Positions 36,269-44,972 of a stretch of DNA of 64,000 nucleotides are shown one piece after another. A program made the position numbers and the translations under genes. The stretch comes from Candidatus Latescibacterota bacterium (GTDB lineage Bacteria; Latescibacterota; UBA2968), in contig JBLHJX010000002.1 of the NCBI GenBank assembly GCA_047619225.1, positions 4,410 to 68,409 on the forward strand, in the 5' to 3' direction. The notes beneath the pieces were generated by a model that was not told the origin of the DNA, searched no databases, and worked only from the letters and a program-made list of their open reading frames with translations. Every line of letters begins with the position of its first letter. The first letter of the stretch is position 1.

Positions 36269-36618
36269 TTATCCGATGGATTGTATGGATATGCCTCCTA
36301 CTCTTGGGCACATCAACGATTGATGCCAACACAACCGCCATGTTCAACATCGCCTACTGGCTCGACGGCGAACGCCACTTCGGCAGCGACTGGCCCGTCG
36401 ACGATCTTTCCGTAGGTGCCTTCTTCGATGCCGGTGCCACTTGGTTTGCCCAAAATGTTAACAATCCAATTGACGACATACAATCCATTCACCACATTGT
36501 AAAACGCAGCGTAGGCATCGCCTTCAAACTCGAAGACTTTCACGCCTACCTGGCCCGCCCTCTCGATTCCGACGATCCATCCTGGCGTGTGTGGCTTCGG
36601 TTCAGCCGCGCGTTCTAA
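36265..36618 (+). CDS. Exported hypothetical protein ending in an OMP-like aromatic C-terminus
   Basis: 117 aa with the signal/TM segment MIIRWIVWICLLLLGTSTIDA and the C-terminus WRVWLRFSRAF. It is coupled to the upstream ORF by an ATGA overlap. Confidence 0.5.
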   Translation: MIIRWIVWICLLLLGTSTIDANTTAMFNIAYWLDGERHFGSDWPVDDLSVGAFFDAGATWFAQNVNNPIDDIQSIHHIVKRSVGIAFKLEDFHAYLARPLDSDDPSWRVWLRFSRAF

Positions 36619-36646
36619 TCCCCATTCCCCATTTCTATCCCAATAC

Positions 36647-36680
36647 AAAAGGTCACACCAACGGTGTGACCTTTTTCTTT
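36647..36680. terminator. Bidirectional intrinsic terminator
   Basis: GGTCACACC (36651-36659) pairs with GGTGTGACC (36663-36671). An A-run precedes it and TTTTTCTTTCT follows. Confidence 0.65.
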
Positions 36681-36913
36681 CTCCAAACTCAAATCTCACC
36701 TCCCGGTGGTGTGGGCCGTTGTGTGGTTGGTGGTGTGTGAAGGGTGGGCCGGGAAGGGGCATATGGAATATGCGGAAGGGCGAGAACCACGCGGGCAGGT
36801 GAGGGTGGCCTACGCCCGTAAAAGCACGGAACACATTTAAAGCCCCTCGCGGCCAGCGAGAGACTTTCTTGCTTACTTCTTTGGTCTCTCAAAGAAGTAA
36901 GTCGCCGAAGGCA
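36681..36913 (+). repeat. Structured intergenic repeat, copy 2 (about 230 bp)
   Basis: It shares long blocks with 45031..45267 (GGTGTGGGCCGTTGTGTGGTTGGTG, GGAAGGGGCATATGGAATATGC, GAACCACGCGGGC.GGTGAGGGTGGCCT, TTAAAGCCCC). It ends in the hairpin 36872-36901 plus TCGCCGAAGGCA. Confidence 0.8.
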
Positions 36914-37009
36914 ACAAAGGCCAAAATAAAAGGATAGGCACAGGAGCCTACCCCAACTTATATTTTCTCAATTCCCGATCTCCAAAACCCACCAAACAAG
37001 GACCCCTCC

Positions 37010-38422
37010 ATGCCCGACCGCCCAAACATCGTCCTCATCATCACCGACCACTTCCGCGGTGACTGCCTCAGCCGCCTCAACCACCCCATCGCCGAAACCC
37101 CCCACCTCGACAGCCTCTCCCGCGAAGGCGCCATGTTTACCCGAGGGTATACACCCTGTCCCTCCTGCGTACCCGCCCGCCGCGCCCTCATGACAGGCCA
37201 AACCCCCTACGCTGCCGGCATGGTTGGTTACCAAGACCACAAACCCTGGCAATACAAACACACCATGGCCGGCGAACTCACCAAAGCCGGGTACCAAACC
37301 ATCAACATCGGCAAAACCCACTTTCACCCTCGTCGTCTCCACTTGGGGTTTGAACAGCTCATCACCCCAGAAGACTACGAACAATGGCTCGCCCAACAAC
37401 CCGGCTACGAAACCGAAAAATATGCCCACGGCATCGACAGCAACTCCTGGATGGCGCGCCCCAACCACCTGCCTGAACACATGCAAGAAGAATCCTGGTT
37501 CGTCAACAAAGCTGGTGACTTCTTAGACAAACGCGATCCCACACGCCCCTTTTTCTTATCCCTCTCATTCAACGGCCCACACCCACCCTGGTGCCCACCC
37601 CAAGTCTACTACGACCAATTCATCAACCGCGACCTCCCCGGCCCCGACATTGGCGACTGGGCTGCTCACCACGCCGACGAAGCCGAATATCCCCTCGACG
37701 TCAACGCCTGGCGCGGTCGTGTGCCCAAACACACCATGCACCGTGCCCGAGCCGCCTATTATGCCTACCTCGCTTACCTCGACGCACAAGTCGGGCGTAT
37801 CAACCGCCTCTTACAACGGGGCAACAACAGCAACACCTTTATACTCTTCACGTCAGACCACGGCGAAATGCTCGGCGACCACAACCTCTGGCGCAAAACA
37901 TATGCCTACGAAGCCTCCGCACGCGTCCCCTTCATCGTCAAAGCCCCTCCAAGCATAGAAGCCAAAAGAAACCGTGAAATAAACCACATTGTCGGTTGGG
38001 AAGACATCATGCCCACCTTCCTCGACATCGCCGGTGCCCCCATACCCAACACCGTCGAAGGCAAAAGCATCCTCCCCCTCTTACGCGGTGAAGAAACCGA
38101 TTGGCGTTCCTATTACCATGGCGAACATGCCCCCTGTTACCACCCCGAAAACGCCAACCAATACCTCACCGATCATCAATGGAAATACATCTGGAATCCC
38201 ATCACAGGCGAGGAACAACTCTTCGACCTTGAATCTGATCCAAACGAGTGTCACGACCTCTCACAAGATGCCAGCCACAAACAAACCCTCACACACTGGC
38301 ATAAATGCCTGGCCAAAAAACTCAAAGACCGTATCGAAAACCTCTCAGACGGCAAAACCCTCACCCCTAACAAGGTCCCCGCCTGGGTCGGTGGAGACAC
38401 CGAAGACGTTCACTTAGGGTAA
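37010..38422 (+). CDS. Formylglycine-type sulfatase
   Basis: 470 aa. MPDRPNIVLIITDHFRGD...YTPCPSCVPARRALMTGQ contains the CVPAR form of C-x-P-x-R. Confidence 0.9.
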   Translation: MPDRPNIVLIITDHFRGDCLSRLNHPIAETPHLDSLSREGAMFTRGYTPCPSCVPARRALMTGQTPYAAGMVGYQDHKPWQYKHTMAGELTKAGYQTINIGKTHFHPRRLHLGFEQLITPEDYEQWLAQQPGYETEKYAHGIDSNSWMARPNHLPEHMQEESWFVNKAGDFLDKRDPTRPFFLSLSFNGPHPPWCPPQVYYDQFINRDLPGPDIGDWAAHHADEAEYPLDVNAWRGRVPKHTMHRARAAYYAYLAYLDAQVGRINRLLQRGNNSNTFILFTSDHGEMLGDHNLWRKTYAYEASARVPFIVKAPPSIEAKRNREINHIVGWEDIMPTFLDIAGAPIPNTVEGKSILPLLRGEETDWRSYYHGEHAPCYHPENANQYLTDHQWKYIWNPITGEEQLFDLESDPNECHDLSQDASHKQTLTHWHKCLAKKLKDRIENLSDGKTLTPNKVPAWVGGDTEDVHLG

Positions 38423-38484
38423 ATCATCTCACCCCTTTTAAGATTGGTTCTTCTTTCTTCTTTCCGCCTCTAAAGGAGCTTTAA

Positions 38485-38862
38485 ATGTCTGACCGTTATG
38501 AAAAAGGCTTAGGATTAATGCGTGAAATGGTTGGCAACGACCAAGCAGACGCTATTTGTGAACGATTTCGGGAACTTCACCCCGACTTCGAGCGTTTTGT
38601 CATGGAATTTGTCATGGCTGACCTTTATGCCAGAGATGGATTGGACTTAAAAACACGACTTTTATGCACCGTATCTGCGCTCACCGTATTGGGCCGTCAA
38701 GATCAGCTTGGTGTTCACATCCAACGCGCAATGGGTGCAGGTGCCACACAGCAAGAGCTTGAAGAAGTCATTTTACAAATGTGTGCTTTTGGTGGTTTTC
38801 CTGCCACTTGGGATGCCCTCAACACCGCAAAATCTATCTTCCAACCCCCAAAGACAGAATGA
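38485..38862 (+). CDS. Carboxymuconolactone decarboxylase (AhpD-like) family protein
   Basis: 125 aa. It shows the DLKTRLLCTVSALTVLGR...ELEEVILQMCAFGGFPA pattern. Confidence 0.8.
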   Translation: MSDRYEKGLGLMREMVGNDQADAICERFRELHPDFERFVMEFVMADLYARDGLDLKTRLLCTVSALTVLGRQDQLGVHIQRAMGAGATQQELEEVILQMCAFGGFPATWDALNTAKSIFQPPKTE

Positions 38863-38964
38863 CTTCTTCCTTGACTTCACCCTATGGATCAGCGACATTA
38901 TGAGCACAGTAAATTCATATTCTGTTATGCTTTGCATCCCAAACCTTATTCTAAGATCAGACCC

Positions 38965-39312
38965 ATGACATTTGGCGAAGAAATCACCCAACTATTGCTC
39001 ATTATTGGTGTCCTCCTCTTGATCCTTATAGGCGTTTCTTTTTGGACCAAACGAGGGGGTAGCATTAATATGCCCTCAATGGGCTCCAAATCATCTGATG
39101 CAACGGGTATGGTCGACACCGGCATAGATGATGGATCTGCCGAATTTATGTCAGAATCAGGGCAAGGCAAAAGCGGTGGGGGCACCAAGACAAGTGCAGA
39201 TCTACTCAATGAGCGGTTTGAACTGACAGGCAAAGATGCTGAAAATGCGGCTCGTGTGCTTAGAGGTATGCTCAAAAAAGATGAACACTTCAAAAACCGA
39301 AGCGAAAAATAA
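38965..39312 (+). CDS. Small single-TM protein
   Basis: Track ORF starts at 38884; I use ATG 38965. The TM segment is ITQLLLIIGVLLLILIGVSFW, followed by a hydrophilic tail. Confidence 0.4.
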   Translation: MTFGEEITQLLLIIGVLLLILIGVSFWTKRGGSINMPSMGSKSSDATGMVDTGIDDGSAEFMSESGQGKSGGGTKTSADLLNERFELTGKDAENAARVLRGMLKKDEHFKNRSEK

Positions 39313-39319
39313 TAAATGA

Positions 39320-39568
39320 ATGGAGAATCATATGTGGCAACGTGAAGTGCAAGTACGCCGTGACTTTTTCTGGGCTGGCATCCTCATCGGCATCCTCATC
39401 GGTGGTGTTTTGGGCGTTTTCTTAGGCACAGAATCGGGTCGCCGAACACGCAATCGACTCGAAGAGACCGCCTTACGTGTCAGAAGCAAAATGAATGGTG
39501 CTGTTGAAAAAAAAGAGCCTTCATCCGAAGAAACACCCGAAACAGAAGATCAACCTTCAGAATCTTAA
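39320..39568 (+). CDS. YtxH-like small stress protein
   Basis: 82 aa. GILIGILIGGVLGVFLGTESGRRTRNRL is typical of the YtxH motif. Confidence 0.55.
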   Translation: MENHMWQREVQVRRDFFWAGILIGILIGGVLGVFLGTESGRRTRNRLEETALRVRSKMNGAVEKKEPSSEETPETEDQPSES

Positions 39569-39670
39569 AGATTTTAAAAAAATAGAAAGAACCGCCTCGA
39601 TGGATCACACCGGAGTGGCTCTTTTTTTCTTTATACCACAAGCCAAACCTCTATCATACTTATATAATTT

Positions 39671-40156
39671 ATGCATCTATTATCAGGGGATCAAACAAAC
39701 CCCATTTACATCATTGTAGAAAATGTGCGGTCTCTGTTTAACGTAGGCGCCATCTTTCGGTCTGCCGATGGCATAAATGCATCAGGAATTTATCTTACAG
39801 GCTTTACAGGACAACCCCCACGCAAAGAAATCAACCGCGTGGCTTTGGGTGCCGATGAAACCGTTCCTTATTTATATGAACGGGATACCCTCTCTGTTAT
39901 TCAATATCTTAAAACGCAAAATGTGCAAGTAATTGCCCTTGAAAAAACAACTTCAAGTGTCGATTACCACACGTTTGCCTATCAAAAACCCGTTGCTGTT
40001 ATTGTTGGAAACGAAGTAGAAGGTATTCGCCCACAAACGCTTGAAGCCTGTGACAGTATCGTTCATATCCCCATGTGCGGACAAAAAATATCTCTGAACG
40101 TTTCTGTTGCAAGTGGCATCATCTTATATGAACTTCTGCGATCCGTTGTACGCTAA
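39671..40156 (+). CDS. SpoU/TrmH-family RNA 2'-O-methyltransferase
   Basis: 161 aa. Motifs are IVENVRSLFNVGAIFRSADG, VIVGNEVEGI and IPMCGQKISLNVSVASGIILYE. Confidence 0.85.
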   Translation: MHLLSGDQTNPIYIIVENVRSLFNVGAIFRSADGINASGIYLTGFTGQPPRKEINRVALGADETVPYLYERDTLSVIQYLKTQNVQVIALEKTTSSVDYHTFAYQKPVAVIVGNEVEGIRPQTLEACDSIVHIPMCGQKISLNVSVASGIILYELLRSVVR

Positions 40157-40241
40157 GGCAAAAAATATCAGGAACAAAACACCCTACATGACCATTTAAA
40201 GAAAGATATACTTCTCCCAAAGCCTATACCCAATTGATAAT

Positions 40242-40892
40242 ATGGCCGATCCTACAGTTGAACAACGCCTTCTACGCCTTGAACAAGAGAATCAGGCTTT
40301 ACGACAAGAAGTTGAACGGCTTCGTGTAGAAAACAGACGATGGGCACGCTTAGCTGGCACCGACGCCCTCACAGGCTTACCCAACAAGATATCATTCTTA
40401 CGTGCTTTAGCACCCCAAGCCGTAAAAGCAGTGGCGCAAACCCAAAAGACCATCGGTTTTATTTTGCTCTCCGCCGATAATTTGGGCCCCATAAATGAAA
40501 CCCAGGGACGCATCGCGGGTGATCAAGTCTTAAAAGGTTTAGGGGAATTTCTCAAAGCCTTATTATCCGAAGATTTGACATTGGGACATCTCGATGGTTC
40601 ACACTTTGCCATCGCCATGCCAGAAGCAAACCTCGAAGATGTAAGAGCCCGCGCCAACATGCTTCGTGCACGCATCCGAAGCCATGCATTTCCATGTGGT
40701 GAATCTCTTGCAAAAATCACCGCCAGCGCAGGCATTATCTCTTTGATACCCGCGCAAAACGCAGATGAAAAAAAATGGCTTGAAACCGTCTTTGACCACC
40801 TAAATGAAGCGCTCTACAAAGCAAAGTCGTCTGGTGGCAATCAAGTTCAAGCCGCAACAAACATTGAAAATCAGGAAGAAGAAAAACCTTAA
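40242..40892 (+). CDS. Coiled-coil + degenerate GGDEF-domain protein
   Basis: 216 aa with DALTGLPNK, GDQVLK and ALYKAKSSGGNQV, but LDGSHF in place of the GGDEF active site. Confidence 0.75.
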   Translation: MADPTVEQRLLRLEQENQALRQEVERLRVENRRWARLAGTDALTGLPNKISFLRALAPQAVKAVAQTQKTIGFILLSADNLGPINETQGRIAGDQVLKGLGEFLKALLSEDLTLGHLDGSHFAIAMPEANLEDVRARANMLRARIRSHAFPCGESLAKITASAGIISLIPAQNADEKKWLETVFDHLNEALYKAKSSGGNQVQAATNIENQEEEKP

Positions 40893-40960
40893 ACATCTCA
40901 CCACCCTTAGGGGTGGGCTTTTTTATCTTCTCACCGCTTTATCGAAAGGAAACGTCCTCT

Positions 40961-42175
40961 ATGAGAAAATGCTATTGTGTGGCACTCCTTTTTCTCATGC
41001 TTGTCCTGGCCGGGCGGGACGTTCGTGCAGAAACCTCTGTTCATTGGATGGCCAATGGACCAGTCGCAGCAGATCTTAATGGCGATGGCATTGTTGGGTT
41101 TACAGACTTTCTCATCTTTTTGCGCAGCTTCGGCACCCAATCGGGCGATGAAAGCCACAACCCGCAAACCGACTTTGATGGCAACGGTGCCACCAACTTT
41201 TCCGACTTTACATCATTTAGCACCCACTATGGCAATACACAAGCCCAAACACAAACCTCATCAAACGAAAAATATAACATCTATATTGCCGATTCCGATG
41301 ACAGTTCTGTTATGGTCTTAGATTCAGAATCCCACTTGATAATCGACTACTTGCCCTTTCGTGGTCCTGGTGGTGTCGTCGTCTCTCCAAACCAGCAAGA
41401 AATCTACGTCTCTGAAGTTTTTGGTTTTTTTAGGATAAACCCGTTACACCTCGTTGATTTTAGCGTACCCGTTGAATCACGTGGCAAAACGGTTTTAAGT
41501 CCCGATGGAACCCGTGCCTACGTGACCGATGAAGTGGCCGATATGATTCGTGTGATAGACGTAGTCAATGGTGTGACGCTCGATTCGGTTTTGGTGGGCA
41601 ACCGCCCCATCGACATCAACATCACACCCGATGGTCGCAAACTTTATGTCGCCAATCAAACAGATCAAAATGTCGCCGTCATAGATGTCGGGTCTTTAAT
41701 CGTCTTTACACACATTCCCATCGGTGCCATTCCCGGCGAAATTGAAATTACACCCGATGGCCTACGGGCTTATGTCACCAATCTTGACCGGGGTGTCATC
41801 AATGTCATCGACACCCGCACAGACCTCATTGTAGGTGCCATTCAATTAGATCAAAATTTCAGTTTTGGTGCAGAATTTTCACCCGATGGACAAACCCTCT
41901 ACGTCAGTGCAGATGGTGTACTCCTATCCATTGACCCCCAACGCAACCTCATCTTACGCACCTTGCGCATGGCCGATGACTCCACGGTTTTGGGCATTAC
42001 ACCCGATGGTACGCGGGCTTATATCACATCCTTTTCACAGCTTGCAGGAGGGCCTGCCGTTACTGTTGTAGACTTAAACTCCTGGAAAATTTTGGGTCTC
42101 ATCAGAGGCGTGCTTTTCCCCCGTCAAATCGCATTTCTCAAAATAGATGCAAACAATAACACGGTTACACCCTAA
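40961..42175 (+). CDS. Secreted dockerin-like/EF-hand + YVTN beta-propeller repeat protein
   Basis: Track ORF starts at 40913; I use ATG 40961, which gives a signal peptide. It has DLNGDGIVGFTDFLIF and DFDGNGATNFSDFTSF, then repeats such as AYVTDEVADMIRVIDV, LYVANQTDQNVAVIDV and AYVTNLDRGVINVIDT. Confidence 0.75.
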   Translation: MRKCYCVALLFLMLVLAGRDVRAETSVHWMANGPVAADLNGDGIVGFTDFLIFLRSFGTQSGDESHNPQTDFDGNGATNFSDFTSFSTHYGNTQAQTQTSSNEKYNIYIADSDDSSVMVLDSESHLIIDYLPFRGPGGVVVSPNQQEIYVSEVFGFFRINPLHLVDFSVPVESRGKTVLSPDGTRAYVTDEVADMIRVIDVVNGVTLDSVLVGNRPIDINITPDGRKLYVANQTDQNVAVIDVGSLIVFTHIPIGAIPGEIEITPDGLRAYVTNLDRGVINVIDTRTDLIVGAIQLDQNFSFGAEFSPDGQTLYVSADGVLLSIDPQRNLILRTLRMADDSTVLGITPDGTRAYITSFSQLAGGPAVTVVDLNSWKILGLIRGVLFPRQIAFLKIDANNNTVTP

Positions 42176-42413
42176 AAAGCGTACATAAAAAAGCCACACG
42201 TCAAAACCAAAAGGTATTCACCAAGATCATCCCGGGGTGACGGAAAGCGATCTTCGACGTGTGACTTTCTAATTTTCGAACGCGTGTATGATTCGTTGAT
42301 AACTCGCTACGCTCTTTAAGGGTGGGTTCACTTCGTTCACTATGGGCAATGTTACTCGCTGCGCTCATTGTAGGCTTCGCCTGTACGCCCGTGCGTTGGT
42401 TCGCGACCTAACC

Positions 42414-42791
42414 TCAACCCATTCGACAACCCAAAGCAACAATATCCCACCTATAGTACGTACTAAAACCAGACGTATCCAAATATTGCTGCACGTGTTG
42501 CCAAGCTTCTAGGTCACCAAATGCGAGCAAAGCAAAAAACTCCCAACCCGCTTCAGGCGCATAATCATAGACCCGGTAAATACCGCTTCCCAAGCGACGT
42601 TCCCAACGCTTCAATATAACCGGATCTTCCAAATTAAATGAACGACGCGCCTCCGAGCCAACCTCTTGCCAAAGCGCTTCTCGTTTAAAAACAAGCATAA
42701 CACCCAATGATCGTCGCGCACTTTGCCCAACAGTTGGAAGCAATGCTTCTAAAGTACTTGTATCAGTTGATTTCAGCATATCGGTCTCCAT
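42414..42791 (-). CDS. Hypothetical protein (125 aa)
   Basis: This is the C-terminal part of track ORF 42414..43193. I start at ATG 42791 because the upstream part has aberrant composition and overlaps the better plus-strand ORF 42958..43308. Confidence 0.45.
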   Translation of the reverse strand: METDMLKSTDTSTLEALLPTVGQSARRSLGVMLVFKREALWQEVGSEARRSFNLEDPVILKRWERRLGSGIYRVYDYAPEAGWEFFALLAFGDLEAWQHVQQYLDTSGFSTYYRWDIVALGCRMG

Positions 42792-42957
42792 GAGAAAAAT
42801 AACATGAAAACAAATAGCATAAATTGTACCATTGGCACGAAATCCATTTATCCCTATATTAAACATTAGGATAGATATATAAATCCAATGAACACAATTC
42901 AACCAACTGACAGTTATCAACCAACCTGAACAACATTTGCGCCAAGAGGAAAAAGGA

Positions 42958-43308
42958 ATGGGTAAAAAACCAAACCGAAAGGGATGGGCAGATCGCCTAC
43001 TGGACCCATTAAAACAGCGCCTTACACTGACGGAGTCGGGCAAAAAACAAGCCCCTCTGCGCAAAGGCAAAGCCACCAAAAAAGCGGTTAAAAAAACACC
43101 CGAACCACTTTCGAGCAAAGAACGCCAAGTAAAAGAACTCAAAACCATGTTTAACATTGGCGTTAAAGACCCCGAACGCTTGGCACGCATCATCTCTCAC
43201 ATGTTACAAGAAGCCAACACGCAAGAAGAGGAATCTCAGCTCAAATTTGAACGTCTTATTTGGGAAAAAGCCGAAAAAAAAGGCAGCATCCCCCCAGACG
43301 AACTCTGA
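42958..43308 (+). CDS. Lysine-rich small protein
   Basis: ATG 42958 has AGAGGAAAAAGGA upstream. Translation is MGKKPNRKGWADRLLDPLK...; I recognise no family. Confidence 0.45.
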   Translation: MGKKPNRKGWADRLLDPLKQRLTLTESGKKQAPLRKGKATKKAVKKTPEPLSSKERQVKELKTMFNIGVKDPERLARIISHMLQEANTQEEESQLKFERLIWEKAEKKGSIPPDEL

Positions 43309-43332
43309 TCTATTCAGTCGCCAACCAAATAC

Positions 43333-43372
43333 AAAAGGGGTGGTTCTCAATGTGAGAACCACCCCTTTTTAC
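43333..43372. terminator. Bidirectional intrinsic terminator
   Basis: AAAAGGGGTGGTTCTC (43333-43348) pairs with GAGAACCACCCCTTTT (43354-43369) in a 16-bp perfect stem with a 5-nt loop. Confidence 0.7.
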
Positions 43373-43464
43373 ATACCCGATCTTAAGCTGCCCACCCGCT
43401 TACCTATTCAGATCAAATATCGTCATATATACTGATTTTTCTTTTTACCTTCTTCCATACCATC

Positions 43465-44946
43465 TCATTCCAAATAATCCATTTCAGGCCGCAAATCCCA
43501 CCGTACCCGATCTTCCGGCACCGTCTGCCGCGCCCAAGCAGAAAGCACCTGATTGTCTTCGCGTTTGGCTGCCATCTTCCTCACAATCTCCTCGGGTTGC
43601 CATTCTGCCAACACCTCTTCCGTCAATGCTCGAACAACATCTGTACAAACCGGGTCATTCACCCGATCGTGCATCTCATCAGGATCTTCTTTCAAATTGA
43701 ACAACTGACTCGGTTGATCATGGTAATAATTCAACTTCCATTCATCACGCCGCACCATCCGTTGATAAACGCCCTCACTTGGAAACGGCCCACCTGCCCC
43801 AGCGGCATCCTGACAGAACTCCGAGAACGCCACATTCTCCCAATCTGAAGTCTCACCACACAACAAAGGCAAAAGCGAACGCCCCCGTGAATGGGGCAAT
43901 GGATCGCCCCCCAAAGCATCAATCATCGTCGTATTCAAATCCAATGACGAAATCACCTCATCAAATCGTTTCCCCTCAGGCAACACACCCGGCCAAGAAA
44001 CAATGGCTGGCACCTTTACCGAATGTTCATAAAACGTCTGTTTCCACCAAAGCCCATGTTCTCCCACCTGTTCTCCATGATCCGACATATACACAATCAG
44101 TGTATTCTCTGCCAAATCATTGTCACGCAACGCAGCCAAAATTTGCCCAATCATATGGTCCATCCGATCCACCAACGCCCAATACGCTGTCCGTGCCCGC
44201 AAAACTTCTACCTCCGTCACACTTTGAATACCACACTTCTCCCGCCACATTCTAATATGAGGATGCAAACCATCCGAAAATACCTCTGTAATTTTCGGCG
44301 CCAGCACCTTGCCAGCATATCGATCAAAATCCTCACGCCGCGCCACAAACGGCTGATGCGGCAACATAAACCCAACCGACAAACAAAACGGTTCCCCATC
44401 CTGCCCCGCCCGCTTATTCACCCCCACCCGATTCAAAAAATCCACCGTCGCAACCGTCACATCCTCATCATGCACCTGATACGCACTCTGCCCAATACCC
44501 GACTTACGCAAACTCACACGCCCAGGCCCTGCCGTGCCCGTCAACATCCCATGATTGGCACCCCTGCCCCCCAAATAATTCGGCCCATGATCCCCCACCA
44601 AACGCTCCGTATACCCATGCAACTGATCGGGCCCCACCGAATGCATCCGCCCAATCAACACCGGACGATATCCCCCAGCCCCCATCGCATGCGCAAACGT
44701 CGGAATACTCGAATCCAACCCATGCCCATTTGTCCAAACCCCATTCTCAAAAGGAAATCGTCCACTCAACATCGACATCCGCGACGGCACACAAATCGGC
44801 GAAGGACAATACACATTATCCAACACCACACCCTTTTTCGCCAACCCATCCAAATGCGGCGTCTGCACCACCTTATCCCCATAACATCCCGTAACATATG
44901 GATTGTGTTGATCAGAATGTATATACAAAAGATTTGGTTTTTCCAT
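43465..44946 (-). CDS. Formylglycine-type sulfatase
   Basis: 493 aa. MEKPNLLYIHSDQHNP...YCPSPICVPSRMSMLSGR contains CVPSR. Confidence 0.9.
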   Translation of the reverse strand: MEKPNLLYIHSDQHNPYVTGCYGDKVVQTPHLDGLAKKGVVLDNVYCPSPICVPSRMSMLSGRFPFENGVWTNGHGLDSSIPTFAHAMGAGGYRPVLIGRMHSVGPDQLHGYTERLVGDHGPNYLGGRGANHGMLTGTAGPGRVSLRKSGIGQSAYQVHDEDVTVATVDFLNRVGVNKRAGQDGEPFCLSVGFMLPHQPFVARREDFDRYAGKVLAPKITEVFSDGLHPHIRMWREKCGIQSVTEVEVLRARTAYWALVDRMDHMIGQILAALRDNDLAENTLIVYMSDHGEQVGEHGLWWKQTFYEHSVKVPAIVSWPGVLPEGKRFDEVISSLDLNTTMIDALGGDPLPHSRGRSLLPLLCGETSDWENVAFSEFCQDAAGAGGPFPSEGVYQRMVRRDEWKLNYYHDQPSQLFNLKEDPDEMHDRVNDPVCTDVVRALTEEVLAEWQPEEIVRKMAAKREDNQVLSAWARQTVPEDRVRWDLRPEMDYLE

Positions 44947-44972
44947 CTATCATCTCTCCCAGATTTTGATTA

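Noticed and set aside
36313-36892. Minus-strand ORFs crossing repeat copy 2 (36313..36834, 36689..36892) and their look-alikes in copy 3 (44912..45211, 45048..45245)
   Set aside because: Similarity between them follows DNA-level conservation in all three frames. The sequences are Pro/His-rich. One is also antisense to the better-supported exported protein 36265..36618.
42792-43193. N-terminal 134 codons of track ORF 42414..43193
   Set aside because: This part has aberrant Cys/Phe/Ser-rich composition and overlaps the more protein-like plus-strand ORF 42958..43308. I truncated the gene to ATG 42791.
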